Shown: positions 25,300 through 38,612 of the stretch, piece by piece | How positions within the stretch are numbered: position 1 is the stretch's first letter | Layout of the letters: the number at the start of each line of letters is the position of its first letter | Program-made: the position numbers and the translations under genes | DNA from: Lama glama | Taxonomy: Eukaryota | Length of the DNA: 64,000 nucleotides | Assembly (NCBI GenBank): GCA_028534125.1 | Contig: CM052816.1 | Coordinates: forward strand, 23,500,001-23,564,000 | Direction of reading: 5' to 3' | The notes under the pieces: model-generated | Databases searched by the model: none | Seen by the model: the letters and a program-made list of their open reading frames with translations, nothing else | What the model was told of the DNA's origin: nothing

Positions 25300-26882
25300 T
25301 CAGCATCATGATACCTGCAAATAATGACAATTTTACTTCTTCCTTTCTGATTTGGACTCCTTGCTTAACAGCTCTAGCTAGGACTTCCAGCACTACATTG
25401 AACGAGAGTGGTGAGAATGGGCATCCTCATCTTGCTTCTGATCTTAGAGGCAGAAAAATCAACATGGAAATGTTGGAAGTGAACCGTACTTTTGACCAAA
25501 TGGACTTAACAGACATACATAGAACGTTCCATCCAACAGCAACAGAATACACACTCCTCTCAAGTGTACACAGAACATTTTCCGGAATAGATATGACAAT
25601 ACAAAACAAGTCTTAGCAAAATTAAGATGACTGAAATTATACCAACTCTTTTCTCACCACAGTGGTATGAAAGTATAAATCAACAAAAAGAGGAAAGATG
25701 GAAAATCTACAAATATGTAGCAACTAAATAGCACACTTCTAGACAACCAATGGGTCAAAGAAGAAATCAAAAGGGAAATTTTCTTTAAATTTCAAAGCAG
25801 ATGAAAATGGAAACACAATTCACCAAACCCTATGGCATGCTATAAGAGCAGCTCTGAAAGGAAAGCTTATACCAACAAATGAATATATTAAGAAAGTCGA
25901 AAGATCTCAAATAGCCTAACTTTACATCTCAAGGAAGCAGAAAAAGAACAAATTAAGCTCAACGTTAGCAGAAGGAAGGAAATAATAAAGATCAGAGCAA
26001 AAATAAATGTAATAGAGACTAGAAAAAAATAGGAAGAATCAATAAAACTAAGAACAGAGGAAAACATAAAACTGACAAAACTTCAGCTAGACTAAGAAAA
26101 ATAGAGAGGAATCAAATAAAATAAGAAATGAAGAGACATTACAACTGACACTACATAAAGACACAGGATTATAAGAGACTACTATGAATCATTAAATGCC
26201 AGGAAATTATACAACCAGGAAGAAATGGATAAAATCATAGAAACACAACCTACTAAGATGGAATCAGAAAAAAAATACAACAGAAAATCTGAATAGACCA
26301 ATAATGAATAAAGAGATTTGATAAATAATCCAAAACCTCCTGACACAGAAACCCTGAGAAGCAGATGGCTTCACTGGCAAATTCTACCAAACATTTAAAG
26401 AAGAAATAATACCAACCCTCTCAAAATCTGCCAAAAAAATTGAAGAGGATGCAACACTTTCAAATGCATTCTATGAGGCCAGCGTTATTCTGATACCAAA
26501 GCCAGGTAAGGACTGCACAAGAAAAGAAAGCTATAAACCAATATCCCTGATGAAAATAGATGAGAAGATTCTCAACAAAAAATTAACAAACTGAATTCAA
26601 GAACGCGTTAAAGGGATCACACAGCATGACGAGTAGGATTTTTCCTACGTGATGGTTCAACACGTGCAAATCAAGACGTGCAATATACCACAATAATAGA
26701 ATAAAAGATTAAAAGTACATGATTATCTCAATAGATGCAGGAAAAGCATATGACAAAATACAACATCCTTCCGTGATAAAAAACCCTCAACAAATTGGGT
26801 AGAGAAAGAAAACACCTCAACGTAATGAAGACCTTACGTGACAAAACCACAGTCAACGTTACAATCAATGGTGAAAAACAGA
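25300..26882. mobile_element. L1 ORF2 fragment with internal inversion (25300-25450 minus; 25451-26882 plus)
   Basis: The plus part runs from the endonuclease C-terminal region (MDLTDIHRTFHPTATEYT) to aatggtgaaaaac; the minus part continues from cctctaagatcag to the RT catalytic-motif region. Confidence 0.85.
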
Positions 26883-27550
26883 ACCAACGAGTTATAAAAG
26901 CTGAAGAAAAGCTTTCAAGACCTGAGTGACTTACCCAAGATGACCTCCTTAGTTACTTCCAGAAATGGAGCAAACGTCTGGGTTTCTACATATCTGCTTC
27001 ATTAGTCTCCTCTTCCCACTCTCCTGCTTAAATATTGTCTCCGTGCAGAAGGAAGTTTTCAAGATAACACTACTCAAAGGAGCCATTTCCTGCTGCAAGG
27101 ACGCTTGACCTAGACGGGGATTTTAACGTTACTCCCAGTTGCATGAAATCATCCACTTTGACCATATTTCATCCTTGTTTGAAAACTTTTAATGATTCGC
27201 TATGTTGTAAAGAAACAACCCCAAAACATTCATTTGGCACCGTCTCCTCATTTTCAAACTATATCCTATTCTCCCCGTTATTCCTTACTCCTAACTAGCT
27301 TTCTAACTAATTTAATTTACCCATCGTCCTCTGAACATGCCTTGTGTTTACCTTGTTTTCATTCCTATACCCGTGCCAGTCTTTCTTCAGGAAGATCCAG
27401 TGATAACATGCAAGTCATCCACAAGCACTTTAGCTTTTTCAAACTTTACAAAAGTCTAAGAATACCATACTGATTACTAACAAAGTCCAAAGTCTATTAG
27501 CCAAGTGGTCCTGCTAATGCTGGGCCTTAGCATTAAGCAAATGGCTTTAC

Positions 27551-27663
27551 CTGGTCACGTTTATTATTGGACCAGGGTCCGCTGTTATGAAAGGAGTAGC
27601 TCCCTGCACAACTTACACATGAACAGGAAGTGGAGAACTCATTCTCTATGAGCAGGTTCGCTT
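27551..27663 (-). pseudogene. Exon (ANLLIENEFSTSCSCVSCAGSYSFHNSGPWSNNKRDQ); open frame
   Basis: Acceptor tccttcctcttag, donor CAG|gtaaag; ends in phase 0. Confidence 0.65.
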
Positions 27664-27699
27664 CTAAGAGGAAGGAGTCTGTGAGAAGCGAGTTTAGAA

Positions 27700-27890
27700 T
27701 GAGTAGTAAATAAGCCATAGATCTCTGCTGCACAGTATAATGAGTACAGACAACACTGTATTGCAGTTACGTAATGTGATAAATATTACTACACGGGAAT
27801 CATATGACAACATATACGAAGCTCAAAGTGACATGTTGTATACCTTCAACATACACAGCAAACCACATCAAATGTATCCAGTCAAAGAAA
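27700..27890 (+). mobile_element. L1 3' UTR fragment
   Basis: gagtagtaaataagccatagatctctgctgcacagtata...caaagtgacatgttgtataccttcaac. Confidence 0.55.
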
Positions 27891-28067
27891 AACAGAAGAG
27901 GTGAAAACCTTGGTTGTTGGCATCAGCAGAGCACTGTGCACGTGCAGGGAAACATCAGGAGAGACGAGAAAGCACCACCCTCACCACGAATATGTTATTA
28001 GATGTCTAACGTACTTATTCGAACACTCAACTCTCATCAACTGTGAAACTTTATCAAATCTTCTTAC

Positions 28068-28438
28068 CCAGTTATGAAAAACATACAATCATTTTTGTTT
28101 ATAAATAAGGTAACAAGTTGGAATTTCTCTGATTAAGCTGGAAACCATGTTTTAAATGTGCAATTAAAACTCAGTTTTGGATAACATTGACCTGAGACTT
28201 CTACACCTGGGAGAAGAGCAGTTCTCTGGCTTCAACCCTGACAGGCAGATTATGATTCAGTGAGTGTTCTTGAAAATGGCTGTTACGCCTACATGGAGCA
28301 CAGAATGCATACACATCCTTTCAAAGGATATATTTCCAACATTTAAATCCAGGTCTCTTTATACAAATGGCAAATATAAGTTATGCTGCTTATGGTACCC
28401 ATTTAAATTGTCGTTGTGAAATAAGAATGATAAAGAAA
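28068..28438 (-). pseudogene. Exon (SLSFLFHNDNLNGYHKQHNLYLPFV*RDLDLNVGNISFERMCMHSVLHVGVTAIFKNTH*...)
   Basis: Acceptor cttcttctgttcaaag, donor TGG|gtaaga; LHVGV resembles the F3 LxLGV motif. Confidence 0.55.
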
Positions 28439-28696
28439 CTTTGAACAGAAGAAGGATAAAGAGTTGATACTTAGAACAAAGAGAGACTACAGCAACACTT
28501 GGGTTTTATGAAAATTATTCGGTACAGTCACAATGAACATCTTAACATGAATTATAATCTTCACTTTGTGTAATTAAAAATACTAATATTTCACAAATAT
28601 ACTCTTTACTATATGCTATATGAGTGTACAACATACATTTATACTCAAGGTTATGTACATCCAACCAAGATTAATATTATTTATAAGACTACTTTT

Positions 28697-29255
28697 TTAA
28701 AAACATTTTTTATTGAGTTATAGTCATTTTACAATATTGTGTCAAATTCCAGTGTAGAGCCCAATTTTTCAGTTATACATGACAATACATATATTCATTG
28801 TCACATTTTTTTTCTCTGTGAGCTACCACAAGAGCTTGTATATAGTTCCCTGTGCTATACAGTATAATCTTGTTTATCTATTCTGCATATGCCGGTCAGT
28901 ATCTACAAATTTTGAAACCCCAGTCTGCCCCTTCCCACTCCCCACCCCCTTGGCAACCACAAGTTTGTATTCTATGTCTATGTCTATGAGTCTGTTTCTG
29001 TTTTGTATTTATGCTCTTTTTGTTTGTTGTTTTAGATTCCACATATGAGCGATCTCATATGGTATTTTTCTTTCTCTTTCTGGCTTACTTCACTTAGAAT
29101 GACATTCTCCAGGAACATCCATGTTGCTGCAAATGGTGTTATTTTGTCATTTTTATAGCTAAATAGTATTCCATTGTTTAATTATACCACAACTTCTTTA
29201 TCCAGTCATCTGTTGATGGACATTAAGGCTGTTTCCTTGTCTTGCCTATTGTAAA
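28697..29255 (-). mobile_element. Young 5'-truncated L1 (camelid-type 3' end) with TSD
   Basis: TSD ttataagactactttt (28681-28696) / ttatgagactactttt (29256-29271); classic L1 3' sequence. Confidence 0.9.
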
Positions 29256-29476
29256 TTATGAGACTACTTTTAACTCTAAAGATAAATTTTTGTCTTATGG
29301 AATGACTTTAAAATCTAAAACAGTATAAAAACTTTATGAAAATAAAACTTAAAAATTTTATTTTACAAAAGAAAGTATTCAGTTAACTATGGTGGCTGAT
29401 TAAGAAAGCTGTAGTATATGTGAAGCAAAGGCGTTAAAAGGTTATTGTGTGTGTGTGTGCATGCACATGCACGCAC

Positions 29477-29662
29477 TTGTGCTCTTGGGCATTGCTCTAC
29501 TTGTATAAGATGAAAAGTACATGTAAGATGTAAGAGAGAGATGATATCCTGTCTCTCCTTTATCTAAATTATCCACATTTCTATCAGTGTTGATCATAAC
29601 ACTGATGAATATCATAATTTTTGCAATTTTAATTATCCAAAAGCACATTGGTATTCAAAAAA
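29477..29662 (-). pseudogene. Exon (F*IPMCFWIIKIAKIMIFISVMINTDRNVDNLDKGETGYHLSLTSYMYFSSY...)
   Basis: Acceptor tattctaaag, donor CAA|gtgcgt; 186 nt, phase 1-1. Confidence 0.55.
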
Positions 29663-30336
29663 CTTTAGAATACATACATATCTATAATCCCCTGCTCTTA
29701 CATACACATATTTAAAAACATGGGTGAAAATTCACAGAAACAACACGTAGCGTACAGACACATCTAACTCTTTAACATTAAGTCAACAGGACATCAGATG
29801 AGGAAAAGCATTCCAAGAAATGTGAGTGGCACATACGGCAGCTGTGGGATAGAAGGTGGGTGGCAGGTGTGGGGCATGAGGTACATGATTAGTGCCTTTA
29901 TATACAGTGCACTTTTCTTCAAATTTTCCTTGTAGAAAGTAGTGAATTTGACTCCAGGTGGTATAGACAATGTCTTATTCACCTTTGTATCTCTGACCCC
30001 AGCACATCATGTAATAGACACTTCATGCTCAAGAAGTGTTTCAAAATTATTTTAAAAATCTTACTGTGAATCAGTTAGTTTCTACTAAATCTGAAATCCT
30101 GTCTGACATTAAAAAGAAATACATCTAATATTCTCTCCATGATCAACTTTTTACAAAAGTACTAGAAAATAGAGTTCTTGTTTATATTTGGAGCTCACAT
30201 TTGCCATGTAAAACAATAACAAAATAATACATGATTTAAAATCAGTCTTTTTATTCATTAATAATACAGCATAAGAAATCACAATAAATATCAGTGTTAA
30301 ATTTGGTGTGCATTATTGTATTTTTTACCTACTCAC

Positions 30337-30596
30337 TACTTAATTTTCATTTTAAAAAATATTAATCATTGTAGTAAGGCCTGGATGAACTGCAGTGAAA
30401 TAAAATTAAAATCAAAGACAATGTTTGATTCTCTGTCCAGATTTCAGAAATCAAAGCTCTCAATTTTAACTAAAACAGCAGCTGTGGATGTTTTGAAGTT
30501 GACCAGTTTAAGTACCCGGGGATCATCTTGCCAGAAATTCTCTTTTTGCTAACATGTGACTTATATTCTCTCCAAGGTGGGCTAAGGTTTTTGAGT
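30337..30596 (-). pseudogene. Exon (LKNLSPPWREYKSHVSKKRISGKMIPGYLNWSTSKHPQLLF*LKLRALISEIWTENQTLSLILILF...)
   Basis: Very long pyrimidine tract plus taag; donor GTA|gtgagt; phase 2-1. Confidence 0.75.
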
Positions 30597-31143
30597 CTTA
30601 AGAAAAAAAAAAAAGAAAAAAGAAAAAGAAAAAGAAAGAAAGAGGGAAAAGAGATTACTTTTAACAAATCGATGGCCTAACTTGAGAGAACTGTTTTTTG
30701 TCTTAAATATGAAACAGTCTTTCAGAGGTGAGAAATAACAAGTCCTAAATCTCATTTTGTTCTTTGAGAAGGACTCACAAGCTGGTAATTGTATAGCTTT
30801 TTTTTTTAAGGTAAATTAACTTAAATGTAAATTTTGTAGTGATTTCCTAGTGTGTTTTCAAGAATTTTGTTGGCAAATGATTTCCCTAAGAGCAGACTGA
30901 ATAGAATGATGGTTTTAATCAAGTAAATGTTTTTCTTTTAAAGAACCAATCAGCCCTTAAGCAGATTACACGGTCTTACCACACAGAAATACAAATAAAA
31001 TATTAAAATAATCTTAATATAAATTCTTGAGATTTGCATGTTTTCACGTTAGATTTTAGAACTTAGAAAAGTTCAAATTAGTCTCCTGATCTGTTAATGG
31101 TTCAGTATAATCCACCTAAAGACATCCCTAAATAATTTCTTAC

Positions 31144-31288
31144 ATAGTGTCTAGGAGATCGTAGGAGCTCAAGCGATGCTTTCATCCCCTTCAGGTACAC
31201 ACTGTGCACTTAGATCAAAATGGGGAGGCTGGCAACAGCATTCGCGTTGGTATTTCCCCACAGGATAAAGATCAGGTGACTTTAATAG
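31144..31288 (-). pseudogene. Exon, probable module C start (LLKSPDLYPVGKYQRECCCQPPHFDLSAQCVPEGDE...)
   Basis: Acceptor ttgtccgtctag, donor TAT|gtaaga. Confidence 0.65.
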
Positions 31289-31875
31289 CTAGACGGACAA
31301 CTTGTATTTATTTTATTTATTAAGCACATTTTCAGTTGTGATTCCTCATTCTTTCTCTTTCTAAAAGAAGAGAAAATAATGCAGGTTGCTCCTTAAGCTA
31401 TTAGTCAAGTGACCTACTTTCAGGCGTCCCTCTCCTGAGCTGGGCCAACTCTGATTTTTCCCAGATGACCATACTCTCTTTTATTCCCATACAGGCATTC
31501 TTAAAAGGAAATTGTGGAGTTCCTCCAAAATCTGTGGTCAGAAAACAAATATTCTGAACTAGTCCCCTTCCCAGCCTGCTGCAGCTATCAGCAACACCAC
31601 CAAGAGTCCTTTTTGAAAGAGAATCTTTGAAAGGCCATTAAGAGAAGTAAAAACAGTTTAATCACCCACCATTCCCCTTCCTGAGACAGCCAATTGTACA
31701 CAGTTCACGTACTTTCGAGTATTTATGTCTATGCCTCGCCTTTAGAAATCCAGGTTTGTTGCTGGTGACAATCGTTATCACTATTTAATGATAAAGTCAG
31801 TATCACCCAAATTATGTAGGAATGGAAAAATCTATTTTAGAATGAATAAACTACATCATTTATAGGAAATAAAAC

Positions 31876-31976
31876 CCGTAACTTTTCCCAAGTAGGAGAG
31901 GAAAGAACATGAAGGTCATTAAACTTCCGGTGGATTTGACATTAGCATGAAGACGGCCAGGTCTTGGGAAATCCTT
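31876..31976 (-). pseudogene. Exon (GFPKTWPSSC*CQIHRKFNDLHVLSSPTWEKLR)
   Basis: Long pyrimidine tract plus acaag; donor CGG|gtttta; ends in phase 0. Confidence 0.55.
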
Positions 31977-32183
31977 CTTGTGAGATAAAAGGAAAAGTGG
32001 AAGGAGAAAGAAGCTATGGGTTTGTTTTTTTTTTTTTTTCCTAATTAAAAGTCTCTGGGCAAAATGCCTAACACACAAACTGAGTATTATACATACTCAT
32101 GTATAAAATATATTATAACTAATTACTTCTTCCTTTCCTCTTATTATTTTATATAGCAAAGTGATGGTAATTAACATTGTAAC

Positions 32184-32420
32184 TTGCTGTTTGCGTTAGA
32201 GAGCACTGAGGTGAGACTGGGACTAAACTGAGGAGGAATTTGACGCTGGGGATAGGTGTCAGGACAGCCATCTGAAGATGGATGCAAGGACCAGTGAGAT
32301 TTTTCTCTCTTTCCTTTCTGAGTAGGTGCTAAGAGCATCTTTGTATAAGGATGGTTGTTATTTGCTTTATAATGAGTGGGAACGTACATTTGTTGTTTGG
32401 TAAGGTCAGATTAGAACAGT
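32184..32420 (-). pseudogene. Possible exon with a mutated acceptor
   Basis: Pyrimidine tract ending ctaa instead of ctag, ORF 32171..32389, donor CAA|gttaca; boundaries uncertain. Confidence 0.3.
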
Positions 32421-32590
32421 GTTAGAAAAAAAGGTTAGAAAAGTGTGTATGAATGAGTAACTTTCATTAAATTATTTTGCAAGTGTGTCTACAATGTCAT
32501 TATTTTCATACTATATCACCATAAACTTTCCCAATATTTTCCCACCCTTTTCAAGAAAATTTAAAAATATGACTCTTCCTAACCACTTAC

Positions 32591-32741
32591 ATTCAATACG
32601 GTTCTTCCATTACTGGTGTTGATAATCTTAAGTTTCTGTCACAGTAATTTGCAAAGGTGAGCCCGTATCTGCTTTGCGAATGCGTGGAGACTGATGTCTC
32701 TAGAGAAGTCTAACACTCGACACTGTCCCCTAGCAGTGACC
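32591..32741 (-). pseudogene. Exon (VTARGQCRVLDFSRDISLHAFAKQIRAHLCKLL*QKLKIINTSNGRTVLN, or alternative frame)
   Basis: Acceptor tcttttattccag, consensus donor AAT|gtaagt; 151 nt. Confidence 0.7.
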
Positions 32742-32935
32742 CTGGAATAAAAGACCCAGAGAGTGCCTGACAGTGCAGCTAGTTACATCCCTTTCAGGAT
32801 AACTGATAGCCCATTTCTGGGCGCTGGTGGAGATATAGCCCACCACCAAGGGACAAGAAAATGTTCTGAGAACTGAAATAACTAATGCTATAGATAATGT
32901 TAGAAAGACAGTCAGTCCCATAAGACTAGGACCTT

Positions 32936-33177
32936 GGATATGAGGGTGATCTGGCTGCGACATCTGTCACCCCACTGACCACCGGGGTTGATTTCACTGA
33001 TCTGGCTGGCTAGGTGAGTGTCCCCTTCCTCCCTCACTGCTCCACGTGCGTCCTTCACCAAGCTGTGCACTCAGGCGAAGAGGACTACTATCCCCAATAG
33101 AGGAGGACCGTCCTTCTCAGTCAAGGGTATGTGAGTAGCTGTGCTCCCCTGCTGGCACCTCCAAACAAGCTCTCAAG
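32936..33177 (+). pseudogene. RN7SK: 7SK snRNA retropseudogene, 3'-truncated at about nt 240
   Basis: Colinear match to 7SK from GGAT(a)TGAGGG.GATCTGGCTGCGACATCTGTCACCCCA to CCTCCAAACAAGCTCTCAAG, with many CpG-type substitutions; flanking degenerate TSD. Confidence 0.95.
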
Positions 33178-33449
33178 ACAAGGGCCATCCAGCAGAGTTT
33201 ACTGATAAAATGAAAGTGGTATATACAGGAATGTGCTCCCGACTTGGGCTCTGGTGTGTGGAGGTGGGGGTTGGAGGAGAGCTGGTTAGGGACATCACTG
33301 TATCCACTACCAGGCTGATGACAGAATCCCTAGAATTGTCAGCTCAGAAACCCTAAGACTTTCCTCCTGCAAAACAAAGTACATGACATTTTCTGGTGCA
33401 TAATGGACGTTCCTGAATTTAGGAATATAATACAGTTTGGAAATGTGCC

Positions 33450-34900
33450 AATATTTTCTTTGTATTTGATAAAAACCTTAGTTGATGAGGGCAAGTGTGA
33501 GGCTACATACTTAACAGAATTGAGGGCAGTATATCTGACAGTTCAAAAAGATCTGGGGTCTTACCTACAAAAAATTTTTGTATTTTTATGGACTCATGAG
33601 TAACCTCCAATTGCCTTGCTATGTGGTCAGGCAAGTGCATCGTAGATGACAATGTACAATGTACAATGAATAAGTTATCTGTATGGGGAATGCAGTTAAG
33701 GAAATGCTACAGGAATTCCCAGAGAGAATTAAATCGAATCCATGTAGTTATTCAACAGGAAAATTCAACTACTGGGTCAGAGAAGACTGGAGTGCAAAAA
33801 CCTGACACCTGTGTTTGAATCTTAGATGTAGCTACGGGTATATCTCAGACAAGTGAACCAGGATGTGCTCATACCGTGAAATATTGTGTGAAACAACTAC
33901 ATATTTATCACATTATGGAGCTGCTGATGTGGTAAAAGACAGTACAGAACACTAACGGGAAATAAAAATGTGTCAGATTTCCCAGAGATGATGATTGCAC
34001 ATAGTTGGTAGACAGGCAGTATAGGACCCTTTCTGGTAGTGGCTTCAAATGGATTCTGACTAAAACAGGCATATATTCCCTTTGGGGCTTCACTTATCCT
34101 ATAAAGGAAACAAGAGCTAAGAAGTCCCTAAAAATTTGGGGATGGAACGTTTAGCAGTTTTGTCTCAGGCAACGTTTCATTCAACAGAGGTAAACATTTC
34201 ATTAAAAAGCATAACATCATATAGATTTATGTCTCTTTTCATACTCAAAATAATGGTTTGAGAATGATAATGGTTAATTATGAGTAAGATTAACAAAAAT
34301 GGGGGTGGTAGGGATGGGAAGGGCTGGGTGGCTTGACTGGATGAACGCACAGGACATGTGAATAGAGCAACAGGATCAAAGGGAGCAGCTGTGTCGAGGT
34401 TCTGGGGTACAGAAGTGGGGATGAGTGGTAGAGGATGATACAGCCACCAACTATTTTTCTCAACTTGTATATCCTTGTCCTTGTCTTGTCAGGGTCTGGT
34501 GCACTGTGTCTGGGACTGCACTTGTAAGGCACTACAAGGGAAACACTGCTAAACTAATTCAATTCCTCTGAATTTGTGCAAATTCCTAATGGAATGATGT
34601 CTGGATAGTGTCTTCACTTTGTGTGGTTAAACTAAGACTGACTATAAGTGCAGCCCCATTGTCTAATTATTGAAGTAGCCCCATTCCATTCTTTTAATCT
34701 GGGTCTTGACAAAAAGCAAACTCTAAGGAAGCTTTATCTGTCCTGTGGGTCGGCGGGTGCCTGAGGAAGACATCCTACCCAGGGTGGCTGAGCCTGCATT
34801 AAGACAGGTGACAAGTGAAATTTTAAACATAACAAATAGGAAATTCTGGCAGAAGAAAAATTATCATTTAAATTGGTGATGATGTCTTAAAGACAGAGAA
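33450..34900 (+). mobile_element. Decayed ERVL-like internal (integrase region) fragments
   Basis: tggattctgactaaaacaggcatatattccctttggggcttcacttatcct resembles the ERVL integrase W-I-L-T...G-F-x-Y-P segment; boundaries approximate. Confidence 0.4.
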
Positions 34901-35559
34901 CATCTCAGATGAGAAGAGTAATTTTCTTAGCTATTTCTTTTAGATATAGTGCCAATTCATGGCCACTGCTGGAAGAAATCCCTGGATTTGTTTCCTACTG
35001 AGAAGGGTACTTGAATGAAGGTGACTTCAAGATTTACCCAAGAAGTTTCTTTGGATGGTTTAGAGGAAGGACATCAATCAGCATGTCCTGATAATGATGA
35101 TGATGCTAGCTGAAGACCAACCTGAGTAATAGTTTGGAATTCGCATTTAAATGGTGTGTTTTCTGTATGCACTAAAATCGACATATTGCTCCTGGCAGCT
35201 GATGTATTGTGCTGCCTTGAGTCAGGATCTTGCTTATTAAGCTAACTACCTAGAGTATGAAAGGCAGAACGTCACGTGTATCAGCTCTGCATACTTAAAA
35301 AACACCCAAAATGTTACTAGGTGTGAATGCATATGGGATGCTACACAAAAGGGAGTTCAAGGAATTAAATATGTGAAATAACGACTACTGCCAGGATAGA
35401 GCAGTCACACACCGTTGGTGATTTGCCCCAATACATGCAAGAAGGCAATTTTGGAAGCCTTACGTCACATTCACACTGAACAGCAAGTAGAAGTAGAATA
35501 TGTTTACTGATAATCTCACGGGGCACTTAACACTTTGGGAGATACACAACATACTTGAT

Positions 35560-36500
35560 TTCGTTCTTAGAATTTCCGTTTATCTGCTTACATTCCAATC
35601 TGTTCCAGCATATTTTCTACTTTTCCATTAGAGCCCTCAGCATATTAATCATAATTGTTCTAAATTCGTGGTCTGATAGTTCTAACATCTCTGCCGTATC
35701 TGATTCTTGTTCTGATGCGTGCTTTGTCTCTTCAAACTGTGTATTCTGTCTACTAATATGCCTTGTAATATTTTGTCAAAAGTCAGAGAAAATACACTGG
35801 GTGAAAGAAACTCCAGGAATTAGACCTTCAGTGACGTGATGGAAGGTGTCAGGGGAGGGCGTCCCACAGTCCCATGGTTATGTCTCCGTCTTGTGCGGAG
35901 CCTGTGCCCCTGGGCAGTGAACTTCCCAAGTGCTTCTCAGCAGAGGAGCTAGAGCTGGGTATTTCCTTCCCCCTAGGTTGGCTAGGTTGTGATAAAGACC
36001 TAACTGATTAGGCTCTAGCAAAATAGTGTCTCCTGAGGGCTGGCCCTGTTATGCTCCGGCATATTCCAAAGTGTTTATTTTTGCCCTCCCCCAGACTGAA
36101 AGCACAGGAGATTTTCCGCCTGATAGTCACTGTGAGAACCTCTTTAGAGCTCTCCAAGGTAAAACTCACAAGTGTGGGAGTTCCCAGGAGCTCTTAACTC
36201 ATGTGGTCCACACTGAGCCTCCAGCAAGTCATCAGTTACGTTTCAGGCACTCCTGTCCTGCTACTGGTTTCTGCAGACATTGCCACTCACGGATTTCTAC
36301 CCTGGTCTCCTAAGTTGTGGCTCTCTGTCCCTGCCTGCCTGTCTCTGCTGCTGTCCAGACAGCGGTCTGCCCTGTGACCTCACTTCTCTGACACATCTAA
36401 GAAGAGCTGTTGATTTTCCATTTTGGCCTTTTGCTTTGCTGTTGTTAGGTTGGTGCTTACCAGCTCCTCACGTGCTGGATAGGAAACTAGAAATCCTCCA
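35560..36500 (-). mobile_element. Old L1M 5' region fragment
   Basis: agagccctcagcatattaatcataattgttctaaattcgtggtctgatagttctaacatctctgcc... Confidence 0.6.
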
Positions 36501-37800
36501 CAGTATATACTTGAGTTACACCCAGAAGCAAACACTTCTTGGTGTTTCCCTCAACACTGGTTCAAATATACCAAGAGCAGTTAGAGTTTGGGAAACTGGT
36601 GCATTAAATTATGGGACTGAATGAAGGCAGAGATCTAGCTTTGAAAAATCTGAACTTGCAACTCAAAGTCTCAATCGTACTAGAAATTTTGGATTTCTAA
36701 GTTAAAAAAAGGATACGATTTTTCTCTCAAAAGTTCGGCAAAAATTAAAAACCTTGATTTAAGAAAATAGAAAGTCTTGAGTGCTCATGAGAGTCTAGTC
36801 CGTATATCAACTTCAAGAATAATGTGTCTGATCTAAATATGCTGAGAATGCACACAACCTCAGACTTAGCAGTTCCACGTCTAGGTTTACAACCTAGAGA
36901 CATTGTGACATAATCAGACAGCACACAGACTGAACGATATAAATTTGTCAGCATTTGACTGCTTATACTTATACAGTTAAAATAAATGAAATAAGTGTAC
37001 ATGTTGACATATAAATCTAAAAACAAAAGAGTGAAAAAATGATTGCAAAGGAAACACAAACTGCACTTTTTTTTTTTTAGAAAACACAAAAATTTAAATA
37101 TACAAAACAATACTAGGTGGTGTTTATGGACATGCACCTATTTAGTAAAAGTATAGAAACCTGAATGGGTGGAGTACACGTTTATGTTTTTGTACCTTTT
37201 GAACTGAAGTGCTTCCATTTGTAAGTTTATTTTGAAGAGGAAACTGAAAGGATGTAGACAAAGAGGCAGTAACAACAGGAAAAAGAGAAAAACAGATAAT
37301 AGGGAGGAAGAAGTGGCGAAAATTAAGCCTAATACTGTCAAAATATAGCTGATACACACAAAAAAGTAATGCAGCTCTCCCAGGTCAGAGTGACTTGGAC
37401 ATAGATCTGCAAGCTCCAGGGACATCATCAACTCACCATTTTGGAACATTTTATAATCAATCCATTTTAAGACTGTAAATCAGCTGGTCAAGATTTTATT
37501 CCTATTTTTGTATTTTAAAAATGTTCTATTGATCTTCCTCCCCTTGAAAACCTTTTATTTTTTTGATACGCCACAGAATATTTTCCCAAATATTCTATAA
37601 TATTTTAAACTGGAATTTATTCCTGTGTTTTGTTTTTTCTCTTCCCCTCCCCCCCATACTCTAATCTTTCTCTTCTCTCATGATGCTTTGAGCTATTTTA
37701 CAACTGGTTCATACGTTTCTTGCAGCTATCATTTTAGTTGATGTAATACAACTACTAAATAATCCTATGTCTTTTTTTTTCTACTTTTGTATACCCATTT

Positions 37801-37967
37801 TTTTCAAATTTTATTTATTTATTATTGTATTGTTTAATTATTTTCTTTCGGTGGGGCAAGGGGAGGTAATTAGGTTTATTTAGTTGCTGGAGGAGATACT
37901 GGGGATTGAACCCACGACCTCATACATGCTAAGCATATGCCCTACCACTTAAGCTATATCCTCTGCG
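37801..37967 (-). mobile_element. tRNA-derived SINE (camelid type) with TSD
   Basis: gggaggtaattaggtttattt...ctggggattgaacccacgacctcatacatgctaagc; TSD ttgtatacccattt / ttgtatagccattt. Confidence 0.85.
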
Positions 37968-38612
37968 TTGTATAGCCATTTAAAATATACTGTATCTAAC
38001 AGCTAGTAAAATAAAAAAAAGACGGTATATATGTAATATCAGAGTCATCATGGCATAAAACAGGATTAATCTAAACCAAGTATTTTAATACTAGTTTGGG
38101 AACAAACAATAATTCATCTTCTTTTAGCAAAATCTCAGAGTGACTCAGATCATTACTTGTGGATACAACAGGAAATAAAATGCCTTACAAATATAATATA
38201 AAAAATGAGATCTCACCTATAACACACTCAGGAAGCTTACAGCATGGTATTTTAATACTGCAGTGTATTAATCGGCTTTAAAATAAAAGCTCTGAAAAAA
38301 CAACCACCCTAGCCTTTTATACAAAAAACAGATTTAAAGAATGAATAAATAAAGTTTAGATAGAAAGCATTAATGTAAAGGCTGTGGTGGATGCTTTTTC
38401 AAAGTTTAAAAAAAAAAAACTATGTGTGCATGCAAGACAATGTGGTAAAAAAATAATTTAGATCTAGACAAGCTCTGATGAAAACACAGTGGCTCCATAT
38501 AGGTGCACTGTTTTAAGCTGAGAGAAGAACTTACTTTGTTTTGTAAAAATAAACAAACAGAATCAATATACAATTAGACGAAAGTTAGTACTAAATTTCC
38601 AGGAATAGTTAC

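Noticed and set aside
30249..30596. Terminal exon with AATAAA, implying two separate genes
   Set aside because: A strong donor (gtgagt at 30336) precedes the AATAAA, protein-like sequence continues past the TAG, and the phase matches the next exon. An internal exon of one gene fits better, though two genes is not fully excluded.
32936..33177. Functional 7SK gene
   Set aside because: Lacks the 3' ~90 nt and poly-T terminator, is diverged and TSD-flanked.
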